A DNA stretch of 62,359 nt, counting the filler, from Dugesia japonica (taxonomy: Eukaryota), in NCBI GenBank assembly GCA_001938525.1. It is 4 parts of 4 records of this genome, joined end to end, with 100 filler letters (N's around TTAATTAATTAA, not from the genome) between each part and the next. Parts side by side here need not be neighbours in the genome. Positions count along the whole stretch, not along the records: positions 1 to 23,078 come from MQRL01409471.1; positions 23,179 to 35,203 come from MQRL01607827.1; 2 more parts are not named here. One strand, written 5' to 3'. The translations under genes and the position numbers were made by a program. The notes beneath the pieces were generated by a model, which was given only the letters and a program-made list of their open reading frames with translations, was not told the origin of the DNA and made no database searches. This document shows, in pieces, positions 13,295-25,944 of the stretch. The number at the start of each line of letters is the position of its first letter. Position 1 is the first letter of the stretch.

Positions 13295-14602
13295 ATGGTT
13301 ACAACAAAACTTGATCTTGATAATAATATTAATTTTCAACATTTCTTTTTGAAAAATGATATTTTGAGAATTTCACCCTCATCTGGATCAATTAATAATT
13401 TAATATCTTCTGGTGATATTGTTTTTCAATCTTTACAATCATCAAATCTATTAGATATTTCAAATTCAATGCTATATTTTAAAATAGAAATTGATGTTAA
13501 AGATGGAGATAAAATAACTTTGGAAAATAATTGGTTTCTAAGTTTATTTAAAACAATGAGATTAGTAGGATAACTTTAGGATCTTCAAATGTAGAAATAA
13601 TTAATTACCCTGAAACAGTATCAACAGTATTAAATTTTTTAGCAACTAGTTCAACTTATAAAAATATATACGGTGAATTATCAGGTTGGTTACCAGATAC
13701 AAACAAAGGAGATTTAGATATTACTAGTTGGGGAGCAAATATAGGTTTTTATAAAATAAATAAATTTTATAATACAAAAAAAGAAATTTGAAGGTTATTT
13801 TTCATTAAAAAATTTATTTGGATTTATGTTATAATTATTATATAATACAATGATTAAATTTACATGTAATAGACAAATAAATTATAAATTATTATTTTAT
13901 GGTGATAAAGATAAAACAGCAACTTTAAAATTAACAACTTTAGAATTATACATCCCAGAATATAGATTACTACCAAAAATGGAAGTAAATCTATTGGAAA
14001 GAATCAATACAGATAAATATATTCAAGTTTCATTTTAAAATAGAATTGTCAAAAAAAAACAACTTTAGATTCAGGAAATTATTATTCAGTTAAACTCAGT
14101 AATTTAACTTATAAACTAAGATATATATTTATTGTAAAAAAGGATTTAGAAATTTCATATCTAAAGAATAATAATTTATTTATTCAAAGAATATCGAAAA
14201 CTGTTAAATAAGGAACTCCAGCTGTGGATGTAACTAAATACTATTCTCTTAAAAGTATTCAAATACAATCAAATAATACATTATTCTATAAATGAATGTA
14301 AATTTAATATTGATAATAATGAAATGATTTTACCTTATTTAAATTATTTAAATTTTTGTAAAGATTTCTTTTGTGAACGACAATTATCTTTACAAGAGTT
14401 TGGTGATTTGTATCCAATCTTTTGTTTTGATGTTAGTTCTCAAGACGATAAATTAAATATTAATAATGTAGGTGTAACTTTACATATAACTAAGGACAGT
14501 GATTTTGAAGGAACTTTATATTGGTGTATTTTAGAAGAAAAACATATTGAAATGAAATTATCTAATTCTAAAATTGTTTTGATAAACGAGGTGAAAATTT
14601 AG
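13295..14602 (+). pseudogene. Maverick/Polinton major capsid protein (double jelly-roll), disrupted
   Basis: ORF pieces 13295, 13850 and 14324 plus bridging frames: LLDISNSMLYFK...NNWFLSLFKTMRL, VEIINYPETVSTV, SGWLPDT, LELYIP, YPIFCFDVSSQ. Adjacent to Maverick integrase and pPolB remnants. Confidence 0.75.
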
Positions 14603-14662
14603 GTTAAAGTTTTCGTCTGCAGACGACACTTTTTAATTTCAAGTTTAAAATATATAAAATAG

Positions 14663-15190
14663 ATGAGCTTAAAAATAAATGCACTTGTGAAAATTGTAAC
14701 AAAATATTACTTAGAAAAAATAAAGCTAGACATTTAAAAGTATGTAAAAAAACAGGAGGCGATCTACAATCTTCTAAATTAACTTCTGCAATTTTAAAAC
14801 CATTTACTTGGGAAAAGTATATAGAAGAAAGACATTTGGCTGATGTAAATTTAATTCATGATTTAAATAATATTCAAAATCCAACTACATCTGAAAAAAT
14901 ACAAAGGGGCTTAGTAAAATTAGCAATCAAAGGTAATATTATTTTAGGTGGAGAAACGAACGAAGAAAGTTCCATTCCTATTGTTAAAAATAAAGAAATA
15001 TTATCAAACGAACTTTGTGCCAAGAAATTACATAAATATTATAGAAAACTAAAACATTTTCTAAAAGTAATAATAAAAGAAAAAGATAATACTTGGTTGT
15101 GATATTATTGATATGGTTAAAAATCAAGTAATCCTAACGGGTCTCATGGTTATAGATATATTTTAGTTTGTATTGATTTATATTCTAGAT
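14663..15190 (+). pseudogene. Maverick Zn-finger/PLA2/integrase fusion, copy 1 (PLA2 core deleted)
   Basis: CENCNK...RHLKVC; RHLADVNLIHDL...ILGG... continuing in one frame (14836-15102) to AKKLHKYYRK...DNTW; then DIIDM...GYRYILVCIDLYSRF (rve integrase N-terminal part). Confidence 0.8.
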
Positions 15191-15780
15191 TTTTTTTTTG
15201 ATATTTATATTTAAAGATTCTAACTCTATCTCCAATTTTAAATTTCTGTTTTTGTTTTAGTGATTTCGAATATTATTTAAATCATGAATTAAATTTACAT
15301 CAGCCAAATGTCTATCTTTAATGTTTTCTGACTTGTAAGATAAATCGTGTTTTAAAGCTGCTTCATCAACTGTATTAATTGGTTGTTCTCCAGGTTTGGG
15401 ACTATCTTCAGAATCTAATCTTAAATTTAATCTTGTTCCTGGGACAGTATAATTAGGTTTTAACAGGATACTTTTCCCAAGTAAATGGTTTTAAAATTGC
15501 AGAAGTTAATTTAGAAGATTGTAGATCGCCTCCTGTTTTTTTACATACTTTTAAATGTCTAGCTTTATTTTTTCTAAGTAATATTTTGTTACAATTTTCA
15601 CAAGTGCATTTATTTTTAAGCTCATCTATTTTATATATTTTAAACTTGAAATTAAAAAGTGTCGTCTGCAGACGAAAACTTTAACCTAAATTTTCACCTC
15701 GTTTATTTTCAATCAAAACAATTTTAGAATTAGATAATTTCATTTCAATATGTTTTTCTTCTAAAATACATCAATGTAAA
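15190..15780 (-). pseudogene. Inverted copy 2 of MCP 3' end + Zn-finger/PLA2 gene, ending in an integrase C-terminal piece
   Basis: 15468-15780 is a near-identical reverse complement of 14515-14820. Minus strand encodes NYTVPGTRL...PINTVDEAALKHDLSY...DRHLAD, then KFKIGDRVRIFKYKY. Confidence 0.85.
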
Positions 15781-16072
15781 ATATTGGTTTCATCATGAAA
15801 ACAATGGTTTTATCACGGAAATATTGGTTTTATCAAATAATATAAGACTCTTAAACTAGATAATATTTAATACATTAAATTAGAATATATTGATATTTTC
15901 ATCACTTAGACCAACGCAGGGACAAGCAAATAATACTTATTCAATTATTTCTTATTTAAACTAGGTTTCGCTTCATTCTCAGTAAGTTTCCTTGAATTAA
16001 GTTAGAAAAAATAATAAGTAAGTACAAGAGTGAGAAGGATCAAATTTTCTAAAACTCGTGGAATTTAATCTG

Positions 16073-16320
16073 AAATTTTATACTAGTCGATAAACATTAT
16101 CTGAAATTTCATAGTAGTCGATAAAGATTTTATGAAATTGCACAGTAGTCGATCAAAATAATCTGAAATTGCACAGTAGTCGATAAATATTTCAAAATCC
16201 TATGTAAAAGAATAGGGAAATAATTCAATTATTGCATAGAAGTCTCCAAATATTTTATGAAATTACAGTGTAGTCGATAAAACTTTTATGAAATTGCACA
16301 GTAGTCACAAATTATTTTAT
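16073..16320. repeat. ~31-bp degenerate tandem repeat (aaattgcacagtagtcgataaa...tg)
   Basis: About six units sharing TAGTCGATAAA and TGAAATT; probably Maverick subterminal repeats. Confidence 0.7.
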
Positions 16321-16653
16321 AAAATCATATAGAAAAATTAAAACATTTTATGAAATTTACATGAAATATGCAAGATGAATGAATAATATGTTGCATTACA
16401 TACAAAGTATGTGTCCCGTACAAGTGTGAGAATAGTGCAATATGAATGCCACTCACTAGACATTCTAATGTTACGCAATGAAATGAATAAATGAAAATTA
16501 TTGATTTTAATACTGACAAGTTTCATGACCCACTAATTCTTTCAAATTGGGTTTCACTTGTTAAAGTGAAAAATATCTTGTTAAATTTCTTGTTGAAATA
16601 TATTGTGTTATGGGAAAAAATATCTAAACATACACAATACTCGTTACCAACAG

Positions 16654-19527
16654 CTATATCAACACAATACTTGCTTGGCTTTTATCATTGTAATCTGTTA
16701 ACGCTATTTTCTTTTGTTTAATTAATTCAATTTCATGTTTATTTGATTTTAAAGTATAATTAGTTCCATGAATTATATTTTTTATTTCTAAAACTTTATC
16801 AAATTCTTTCATTCCTATTTCATTAAACTTAGAAACTTCTTTATGTCTTTTGTCTAACTTTATGTTATTATGAGACCAGTTAGGATTATTTTGAGCTTCG
16901 CAATCCCTATATTCACAAGCATAAGTTTTTGATTTTATAAAATCACATTTGAATATTTCGTTATTCATTTGAAATAAATTATTACCTAATAAACTTGTTA
17001 CTTTGTTTAAATTATCTTTTCCAATTATTTCTATAAAAATTGAATCTATATCAGTATAATGAATTTAGTATTTATTTTGAATTGCATTATCTAACTGATT
17101 ATAAATAAAATCACAAATTACTTCTTTTGCATATTCCAAAATAGTGAAACTTATATATGGGAATTTATTATATTTTAATTTTGTTTGTCTCAAATGAATT
17201 GCAGCTGTTTCTGCTTCTCCAGTTTCTGTGCATGTAAATATTTTACTAGATCTAAAGTTTATCTCTGAAGCGAATTTCTGATAATCTTTATCAGTTCCAA
17301 ATATTTCTACTTCACATCGTTTTCTTATATCTTCTAGTGTTTTTCCATAAAATACATTATTTAATAATTTGAAAAAGTAATCTCCAAATACATCGTTATT
17401 TCGTTTTGATATATTTCTTTGATTTATATTAAATTCAATATAATCTTTTAACCAAGGTTTTTTTAACATTTTATATTTACTATGAATTGTTTTTATTTTC
17501 ATTCCTTAAGATAAATACAAATCTAATGTACTTCCTAGAATAATATAATTTTGTTTATCAAATTTATTTAAAGTTAATTTAATATTTTTCTTAGTTAATT
17601 TCTTGTTAAATGATAATTGATAAGGAGCTAACATTTCATTTGTAATGTTTATTGGATCTGGTGCTAAAGAAAATTATTTTGTTTTTTCATGTATTTTTGG
17701 TGGATATTCTAAATCAACTACTTAAATATAATTCATTACATCTGTTTTTGGTGTGTAAGTTAAGTCTTGACATTCAAAGATTTCACCTGTTGGTAAAGGC
17801 TTAGTCATACAAGATGCATATAATGAATTTTCATCTAAATATTTTAAAAATGTTTCTTCAAAATAATCTTCTGGATGATATTGTTTATTTTTTAATAAAT
17901 TTAATAAATCATCATACTGAGCATTATTTATTTTTTTATTAATTCTTTTACTATTTTCAAAAACTTGTCTTTCTTCACAAACACCTGAATAACCGCCTCT
18001 AACAACTCTTTCAATTTTTAAAACTGTATTATATGTGTCTTCTTGAGCATATTTTAATTTAACTCTAGTAAATTTTGTTCCTGAAGCCCAAGTTAATCCT
18101 GGTGCAGAATATGTATAACTAGGATCTATGTTATAAAAATTTAAACAAATTTCTATTAAGTTTTCAAAGAAATCTGTTAAGATAATTACATCTAATTTTA
18201 AATAATGTAACATGTATTCAAATAAGGTTGTGTGGATTTCTAAATCTTGTAAAAATTCGTTGTATTCTTGTTCTGTTATTTTTTGTTGTTTAAGTTTATT
18301 ATTTAAATATTCTCTTGTTGGAATTCGATCTGATTTTAATAATTCAATTACTTCATTTATATTTTCTTCTTTTACATATTCTTAAGGAAATGATATTTTC
18401 TTTGGAGTAAAATTAAATAATTTTAAATGATTATATTTATTAGATTGATTTAATAATTTTCCCATTGTGTCAATTGAAGTAAATGGACACATTCTTGAAG
18501 AATCTAAAAATCTATTTTTTTAAAATTCAATTGAAATATAAACTTCACCACTGTGAGAAATTATTCTTTTAACTTCTTTTGGATATTTTTCTAATAATTC
18601 TCAGAAAAATATATGATTGTCGTATCCTAAAGCATTATGAAAAAAAGGAATAAATAAATCTTTTATTGATTTGTCTTGCAAATTACAAATTTTTTGAGCA
18701 TAACCTCTAAATTCACCATTAAAGTGATCATGATCAATAACTAGATTTTCAATTATATTTTTATTACAATATCAACATTTTTTATTGATAAATTGTGAAT
18801 GGTTTGTTCCTCTATAATATTCAATTAATTTATTTTCTTTTATATCTTTTAATTTATTATTAATTTCTTCTAAAAATTCAAAGAATTGTTCATGAATGTT
18901 TTCTCCATAAAATACTTTTTATTCATTTTGAATAAAATGTTAATATTTACTTGTGATGTAAATTTCAAGAGATAATGGTTTTTGTTTATTTGTAATTGTA
19001 CTTGTCCAACTTTCAAAATCTCCATAAATTACAAAAGGTAATTCATTTGTGAAATAATTTTTTTTTAATTAAAAATATTTATCAGTTTCAAAATAAACAT
19101 TTGATGAATCATGATATATACATTTTTTTGATGATTTATTAATAAAACTTTACTTCTATATATGAATTCATACAACATAAACACAATTCATTTTTATTTT
19201 TATTAGTATTTCTAAAGACACTATTTCTACATAAAATATAATGACCTTGGTAAAGTAATAAATTACATTTAATCTCCTCAGGTTTAGGATTACTTTCATA
19301 ATGAGAAATATAAACATGATAGATTTTAGCCTTGATACATTCAAATACATTTACTTTAAAATCATTAAATTTTTCAAATATTTTTACATCATCAATACTT
19401 ACCGGAAAATTAATTCCATTTATTTTTAATTCAGGAATAAATTGTTTATAAACACTTGCTCGAGTTTGATGATTTTGAAAAACATGTTTATGAGCCAAAA
19501 CAGAATATAAAAAACAATAATTATCAT
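16654..19527 (-). pseudogene. Protein-primed family B DNA polymerase (pPolB) of a Maverick, with an EndoVII-like insert
   Basis: Exo I YGDFES (~19020); VIDHDHFNGEFRGYAQKICNL (EndoVII-like, ~18700); FHNALGYD; YLKLDVIILTDFFE; YLDENSLYASCM; KLLNNVFYGK; YTDIDS (~17050). Many stops and frameshifts. Confidence 0.92.
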
Positions 19528-22115
19528 AGTAAAAAGACTAAATATAAAGTCATTAATATTAAGTATTTATTTAAGAATATATATTTTGTTTTATTCAAAC
19601 AAAATTGAATGTTTAAATAATCACTATTTTTTAACTTCCCTCTCCATAGAAATTGAAACTCGTTTTAGCCATTCAACTCGTCTTGACTTTGGTTTATCTG
19701 GAAAATTCAGTAAGACTTGATGGGGACTTAAAAACGTAATAATCGTATACGGCCCTTCATATCTGTTTCCACTTTTATGCATATTATGAGGTTCCTTTTT
19801 TACAAGAACATTTTCACCAATTGCAAATTTTCTGTGACCTCTTGTATCTGATTCTTACTTTCTCATTTCTTCCGCAACTCGTTTCAGTTCTACTTTTGTT
19901 TCATTGATTACTGGTTCATGATTAGCGGGCTCATTTCTCGACAACCCATGTAACAGCACTTTTCGCCCATTTAGAACTTCAAATGGAGATCTCTTAATAG
20001 CGCTTTGATATGTTGCATTAATTGAAAATTCAATCTTGGGAATGTATTTATCCCAAGTAAATCTATTTTTATCACTATTCATTGAAGTGGCTAACATATC
20101 TCTGACTGTTCTAATTGCTCGCTCTGCTAGACCGTTGGTTTGATGTTGGTAAGGTGATGTAAATTCCTGTGTAATTCAAAATCTTACACACAACTCGTTT
20201 ATTTTGCTACCTTCAAAAACTCTACCCCGATCAGATAAAATTGATTTTGGTTTTCCAAATTGGTAAATCCATTGGTTCTTTATTGCATCTGATATTGCTG
20301 TTTCATCTTGTTTACTAAGAGGTATCAATCGAACTAGTTTGCTAAATCTATCGATAATAACAAGCAAGTACTTTTGATTAGACTTATACTCAGAAAAGTA
20401 AGCCACATCTATTACAATTTGTTCTAGCGGTTCAAATTCTTCTCTTGGTAACAATAGTATTTTTGTTCGACCAGTGTAGACCTTTTGTTTAGCACATATT
20501 TCACATTTTTGAATTTCGTGTTCTATTTTTCTACTCATATCAGGCCAGAAATATATCTCTTGAATATATTCCACTAACTTCTTGATTCCTAAATGACATA
20601 GCTCTTTGTGCAAGTATTTAACTAATTTTGGTGAGTGATTTTCTAGTATAACGATTAGTTTCTTTTCTTATTCATCTTTAATCACAATATTCCCAAATAA
20701 TTTGAATTTATCTAAATGTTTAAAATATTTGCTTTTCTTCACATCAGTAGTAACATTATTATCCAAGCCTTGTAACCATCGTATTATTGATCTTATTATT
20801 CCACATTGATTGTGCAACTCTTCAATATTTTCGTCATAAAATACATTTTCATTTAAACTGTTTATAAATCGAATTTTCGATTTAGTTTCTTTACCATCAT
20901 GGTGTTTCAATTTATCAGTTCTAAATACCCACTTTCCTGGATTAACGTTTTAATTTTGATGCTTTAATTGATTCAAATGCTTTTTCTAATCTATGATTAG
21001 GTTCATCGACAGTTCTTACATAAACTAAAATGTCATCTAAATAAACACTTACACCTTTATACAGCATTTCTTTAAAAATCAAATTCATTAAACTCTGAAA
21101 GGTTGCCGGTGCTGTACATAAATCGAATGGCAACCGTTTAAAGCAGAATTGTCCAATTTTAGTACTAAAAGCTGTTTTTATTTGTGAATCTTCGTCTAAC
21201 ACAACTTGATAATAAGCTTGTCCTAAGTCCATAGATGAAAAATAGTTGATCTATTTAAAGTATCCAAAAGTGTGTTTATGTCAGGTACGGGAAATGAAAA
21301 TTTTTCAGTTACTTCATTCAACCGTCGAAAATCCAAACACATTCGGATAGAATCATCTTTCTTTGGTACTATCACTAAAGGAGAATTCCATGTGGTTTTA
21401 TATGATCGTATAAATTTTGATTCTAACAAATCTTCAATTAATTTATCAACTTTATCTTCTAAATGCATTGGCTGTCTTCTTGGATTTTGAGAAATTGAAG
21501 GTCCTTTAGTATTACATGATGCTTAATCAATGTAGTGATTCCTAAATCAAATTTGGATGCCATGAAAATCGATCCATATTTTTTAGTTAGGTTTTCAATA
21601 AATGGAGTTCTGTCAGAAACATAATTTAATGCCGTCTTAACCCGATAACAATCCGTATATGTTGTATTTACTTCAGAAGAATCAATCAACTTTACTTCTG
21701 CCAAGAATACTCTACATAATTTCATCATATCGATTCCACCAATAAAACCAGGAGAAATACTTTTAACAACCAAGGTTTCTTTTACCAAAGGTTTATTTTT
21801 TTATAAAACTTGTATAAATATCTTACCAAGACATGATTTATGCTTTGAAGAAAAAACACATGACAATTTAACTTCTGACTTTATCATACTAGGTGCACCA
21901 ATTCGGATCCAATTTTCTTCACTCATCACTGTTATTGATGCTCCAGAATCCCACAACATTTCAATATCACAGCCATTACAATTTATAATACTCCATTGCT
22001 GCCCATCTAACTTCTGAAGCATCCTAAATTTTGCATTATCCATCTCATCTTCTTCTTTTCTATCTCTATTATTAATAGAATTTATTGACTCAACTCCACC
22101 GACGAGTTAGCTACA
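19528..22115 (-). mobile_element. 5'-truncated Gypsy (PR, RT, integrase; RNase H deleted) with a 109-bp 3' LTR
   Basis: LWDSGAS protease; CLDFRRLN, LGQAYYQ, YLDD; H-H-C-C zinc finger and integrase core; purine tract GGAGAGGGA next to an AGT...ACT-bounded segment at 19528-19636. Confidence 0.9.
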
Positions 22116-22120
22116 GGGAG

Positions 22121-23078
22121 TTATAACTTTACATATAACTAAAGATGCTGATTTTAAAGGGTCTTTATGTTGGTGTATTTTAGAAGAAAAAAATATTGAA
22201 ATGAAATTATCAAATAGTAAAATTGTAATGATTGAAAATAAACGAGGAGAAAGTTATGTTTAGAGTNNNNNNNNNNNNNNNNNNNNNNNNNNNNNNNNNN
22301 NNNNNNNNNNNNNNNNNNNNNNNTTTGTGAATATTGCAATAAAATATTACTTAGAAAAAATAAAGCTAGACATTTAAAAATATGTAAAATAAAATTGGGA
22401 GGTGATCGCGAAGCTCCTTTCAGTCTTGAACAAGAGAGAGCTCAAGCTGAAGGCGATCTTCAATCTTCTAAATTAACCTCAACAATTTTAAAACCATTTA
22501 CTTGGTAAAGTATCCAGGAAAAGACATTTGTTTAAACATAATTATACTGGTTTCGCAACAAGATTAGATGAAAATAATAATCCAAAACCAGGAGAAGAAC
22601 CAATTAATAGAGTAGATGAAGCAGCTTTGAAACATGATTTATCTTACAAATCTGAAAACATTAAAGATAGACATTTAGCTGATGTAAATTTAATTCATGA
22701 TTTAAATAATATTCCTAATCCTAGTATTTCAGAAAAAATACAAAGANNNNNNNNNNNNNNNNNNNNNNNNNNNNNNNNNNNNNNNNNNNNNNNNNNNNNN
22801 NNNNNNNNNNNNNNNNNNNNNNNNNTATCAAATGAACTTTACAAAGAATATAGAAAACCAAAACATTTCTTAAAAGTAATAATAAAAGAAAAAGATAATA
22901 ATTGGGGTGTTGATATTATTGATATGGTTAAAAAATCAACCGAGGGTTATAGATATATTTTAGTTTGTATTGCTTTATATTCTAGATTTGGTTTTTGTGT
23001 ACCCATGAAAAATAAAAACCAAGAATCATTAAAAGAAGCTTATGAAAATATATTTGAAGAAAATAATCGAATTCCTGA
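22121..23078 (+). pseudogene. Maverick MCP 3' end + Zn-finger/PLA2/integrase fusion, copy 3
   Basis: Homologous to 14480-15190. ORF 22528 onward: NYTG...PINRVDEAALKHDLSY...DRHLAD [N gap] ELYKEYRKP...WGVDIIDM...YRYILVCIALYSRFGFCVPMKNK...NRIP. Confidence 0.85.
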
Positions 23079-23122
23079 NNNNNNNNNNNNNNNNNNNNNN
23101 NNNNNNNNNNNNNNNNNNNNNN

Positions 23123-23134
23123 TTAATTAATTAA
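23123..23134. other. Artificial contig linker TTAATTAATTAA in an N spacer (also 35248-35259 and 46942-46953)
   Basis: Identical 12-mer with stops in all six frames, flanked by 44 N on each side, seen three times. Confidence 0.95.
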
Positions 23135-23344
23135 NNNNNNNNNNNNNNNNNNNNNNNNNNNNNNNNNNNNNNNNNNNNTGAAATTAAATTCTGCATCTAT
23201 ATCATTTTAAATATTTTTCTTAACATTTTTCAATTTGGCGCTAGGTGGGGGGGATGCGGCAGTGCGGACACATCTATGGAGTCGAAACGAAGCATTTTTC
23301 GAGTATAGTACTTTAGACAATGTATAGATAACTTTTAATTTTAA

Positions 23345-23470
23345 GACTAATGGTAATTAGTAATATTAATATAAGTAATATAAGTAATATAATATAAGTA
23401 ATATAAGTAATATAATATAAGTAATATAAGTAATATAATATATAAGTAATATAAGTAATAATAATGGTAA
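23345..23470. repeat. (AATATAAGT)n-type minisatellite
   Basis: Direct reading of repeated aatataagt/aatat units. Confidence 0.8.
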
Positions 23471-23559
23471 TTAAGACTAATGGTAAGTTTCAAGTCAATA
23501 TCTCAAAAAAAAATTTAAAATTTAAATTCAAATTCAAATATTTTATTGATCCAATCATA

Positions 23560-23840
23560 TTTTTTTAAAAATAATTACAGAACATTGCGACGCATACTCG
23601 CGCGCATCTTTTCCACTTTTCAAAACATCGATAGCATACACACATTAACCTAGAAATACTTTTGAAAAAATTTTAAAATTTTGAAAAAAAAAAATTTTCT
23701 TAAGATTTTTTCTTAACAAAAAAAAATTTTCAAAAAAAAATTTGTCAAAAAAATTTAGTCGCGAAAAAAATTTGACGAAAAAAAATTTTTCTGGCTGGGG
23801 GGGGAGCGGGGGTGCGGCAGTGTGGACATATCTCACTACT
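23560..23840. mobile_element. Maverick terminus of a second TIR family (related partial ends at ~23245-23276 and ~38741-38762)
   Basis: Ends in ...gcggcagtgtggacatatctcactact (reverse complement AGTAGTGAGATATGTCC), preceded by a G-tract and A/T-run arrays; abuts a Gypsy RT. Confidence 0.65.
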
Positions 23841-24410
23841 GCTATCTAAGTCAATTTTTGAGGAATAATTGGCCACGCTTACTCTGTTTATTATGTCTTT
23901 GATGATTGGTAATGGGTAATTATCCGGTACCGTCACCGCAGGCTCTCCATTCTCCGTTTGCTTTTTATTTGCGCATTAGTTCGAATGACCAGTTTGATTT
24001 TGATCGATTGACAATATTACTTTGTTCTAAATTTTCGAATAATTTTTTTGGTATTTCCGTTTTGTTAGGATCCAGTTGCCTAACTTTGGCATGCACCGGG
24101 TTACCATTGTTAATGATGGCATGCTCTGTTATACATGCAGAATTTCCATTTATTGATAATTCTTCGGTGATGTGCTTATATATCTTTAATAAGCTATTTA
24201 TTTCGTCGGGTATTATTTTATTTCTGTGGTTGCCTATTGGGGTAATGTTTACCACTCCAATATCAATTTTATTTTGCGCTGTTCTGATGAACTGCGCTGT
24301 ATTTATTGTACTACCTTTGTTTTTGTTTTCTATTAATTTTCTATTGTGACACTGATATTTTTTATAATTATTTTTGTATATTAGAAAATTTTGAAATTCT
24401 TTCAATTACA
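23841..24410 (-). mobile_element. Gypsy RT fragment
   Basis: TEHAIINNGNPVHAKVRQLDP...SKSNWS; DNYPLPIIKDII...SKIDL. Confidence 0.8.
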
Positions 24411-24603
24411 ANNNNNNNNNNNNNNNNNNNNNNNNNNNNNNNNNNNNNNNNNNNNNGAGATTTTTCGATTTAATTAAAACATTTTGAGATTTAATTTAAA
24501 ATAAAAAATTTATAATTTAAATAAACCAATAAAGTTTTGATAAAATATAAAGAATTTTGTAACAAAGATCTATCATCGTTTGAATCTATCAAAAAGTCAT
24601 CAT

Positions 24604-24637
24604 ATTCCTGAAGAAGAGTATTGTCGAAAATTGGAAT
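24604..24637 (+). ncRNA. Degenerate minimal hammerhead ribozyme motif in a Penelope-type repeat
   Basis: attc-CTGAAGA-a-gag tatt gtc-GAAA-at-tg-gaat. Downstream 24720-24800 matches 44030-44110. Confidence 0.5.
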
Positions 24638-25156
24638 TTCTATAAAAATACAATTTATTTTAATCNNNNNNNNNNNNNNNNNNNNNNNNNNNNNNNNNNN
24701 NNNNNNNNNNNNNNNCTTTTTCTTTATTTTAATGAAATCTCAAATGCGATCAATGGTTAAGTCCGAACAATTATTCTCACAATAATTGTAATTATAAAAT
24801 TCATTAATCCTATAGATAATTTCTCATCAACTACATAGGAGGTTCCATCTTATGCGTACATTTCTTCATAAACTCCTATTAAGGTGCCCGCGTCACCATT
24901 TTGAGATAGAAAAATTCAACAAGGATATATTGATACTTAAAAATCCTTTAATTAATTGACAATTATCTGATTGATTCAAAATAATTATTATTTCATCTAT
25001 TCATCAATACATAAATGTAAATTTATTCGATAAAAATTTAAGTTTTCAATTCGTTTATTTTGCATGTAACATTGCTATTAAGCTGTATTTTGATTGTTTC
25101 TATTGATAAATAAAACTAAACAAACTAATGGATATTTATTTAATTTATACTTTTAG

Positions 25157-25527
25157 GCCCAACAAAGAATTTTCGCGAGTTCTGTAAGGAAAGAACATGA
25201 TGAAAATGAAGGTTAATTTGAATCAAAAAATAAATCTTGATTTTTAATTTGTATTTAATTTTAGACTTAATTTCTTTATTTGAAAAAGATAAAGAAAGAG
25301 AAAAGAAATCCCCTCTTCATATCAGAACACCAAGTCATCCTATATTATGTTCAACCGAGGTTGTTGATTTACCTAAACCTAGAATAGGTATGAATAAATC
25401 AATAATTTGGAAGCGATTGGGTATAACAGGATGTGTGTTTCTTTTTCTTCTTTGTGGAATATTTCTTCATGTATTTCTTCCAACTCAACTTTATAGAGGA
25501 ACCAATTTTACAATGATTTCTGTTTAA
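25157..25527 (+). CDS. Last two exons of a host gene encoding a C-terminally membrane-anchored protein
   Basis: ttttag|exon 25157-25211|53-nt GT...AG intron|exon 25265-25527 join in frame: AQQRIFASS...DLISLFEK...LGITGCVFLFLLCGIFLHVFLP...*. Confidence 0.55.
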
Positions 25528-25944
25528 CAATTTAGAGTTTCATTTTACCATAGGAAATTATAATTATAATACTTTTATGGAATAAGTAGCAAAGTTGAAA
25601 CATTTTTATTCTTTGTGAAATTTGAAATTTGTTTGTTCTAAAGTTTATTATTTACACAAAAACTTTATTTTCATTACAATTACGTTACTTTCACAATCTA
25701 ACTTCATTAAATTCCAATATTTATTTCAAATTGGATCATCTTTCTGTACATTTTGATTTTCTTCTATGATGTTTTCATTCTGTTGTATGATGTTATTANN
25801 NNNNNNNNNNNNNNNNNNNNNNNNNNNNNNNNNNNNNNNNNNNNNNNNNNNNNNNNNNNNNNNNNNNNNNNNNNNNNNNNNNNNNNNNNNNNNNNNNNNN
25901 NNNNNNNNNNNNNNNNNNNNNNNNNNNNNNATATTCTCCTAGAA

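Noticed and set aside
16073-16320. CRISPR-like array
   Set aside because: Units are contiguous degenerate tandem repeats without unique spacers; eukaryotic context and no cas genes.
23079-23178. TTAATTAATTAA palindromes within N runs (also ~35250 and ~46945) as biological motifs
   Set aside because: Standard six-frame-stop contig linkers; artificial.
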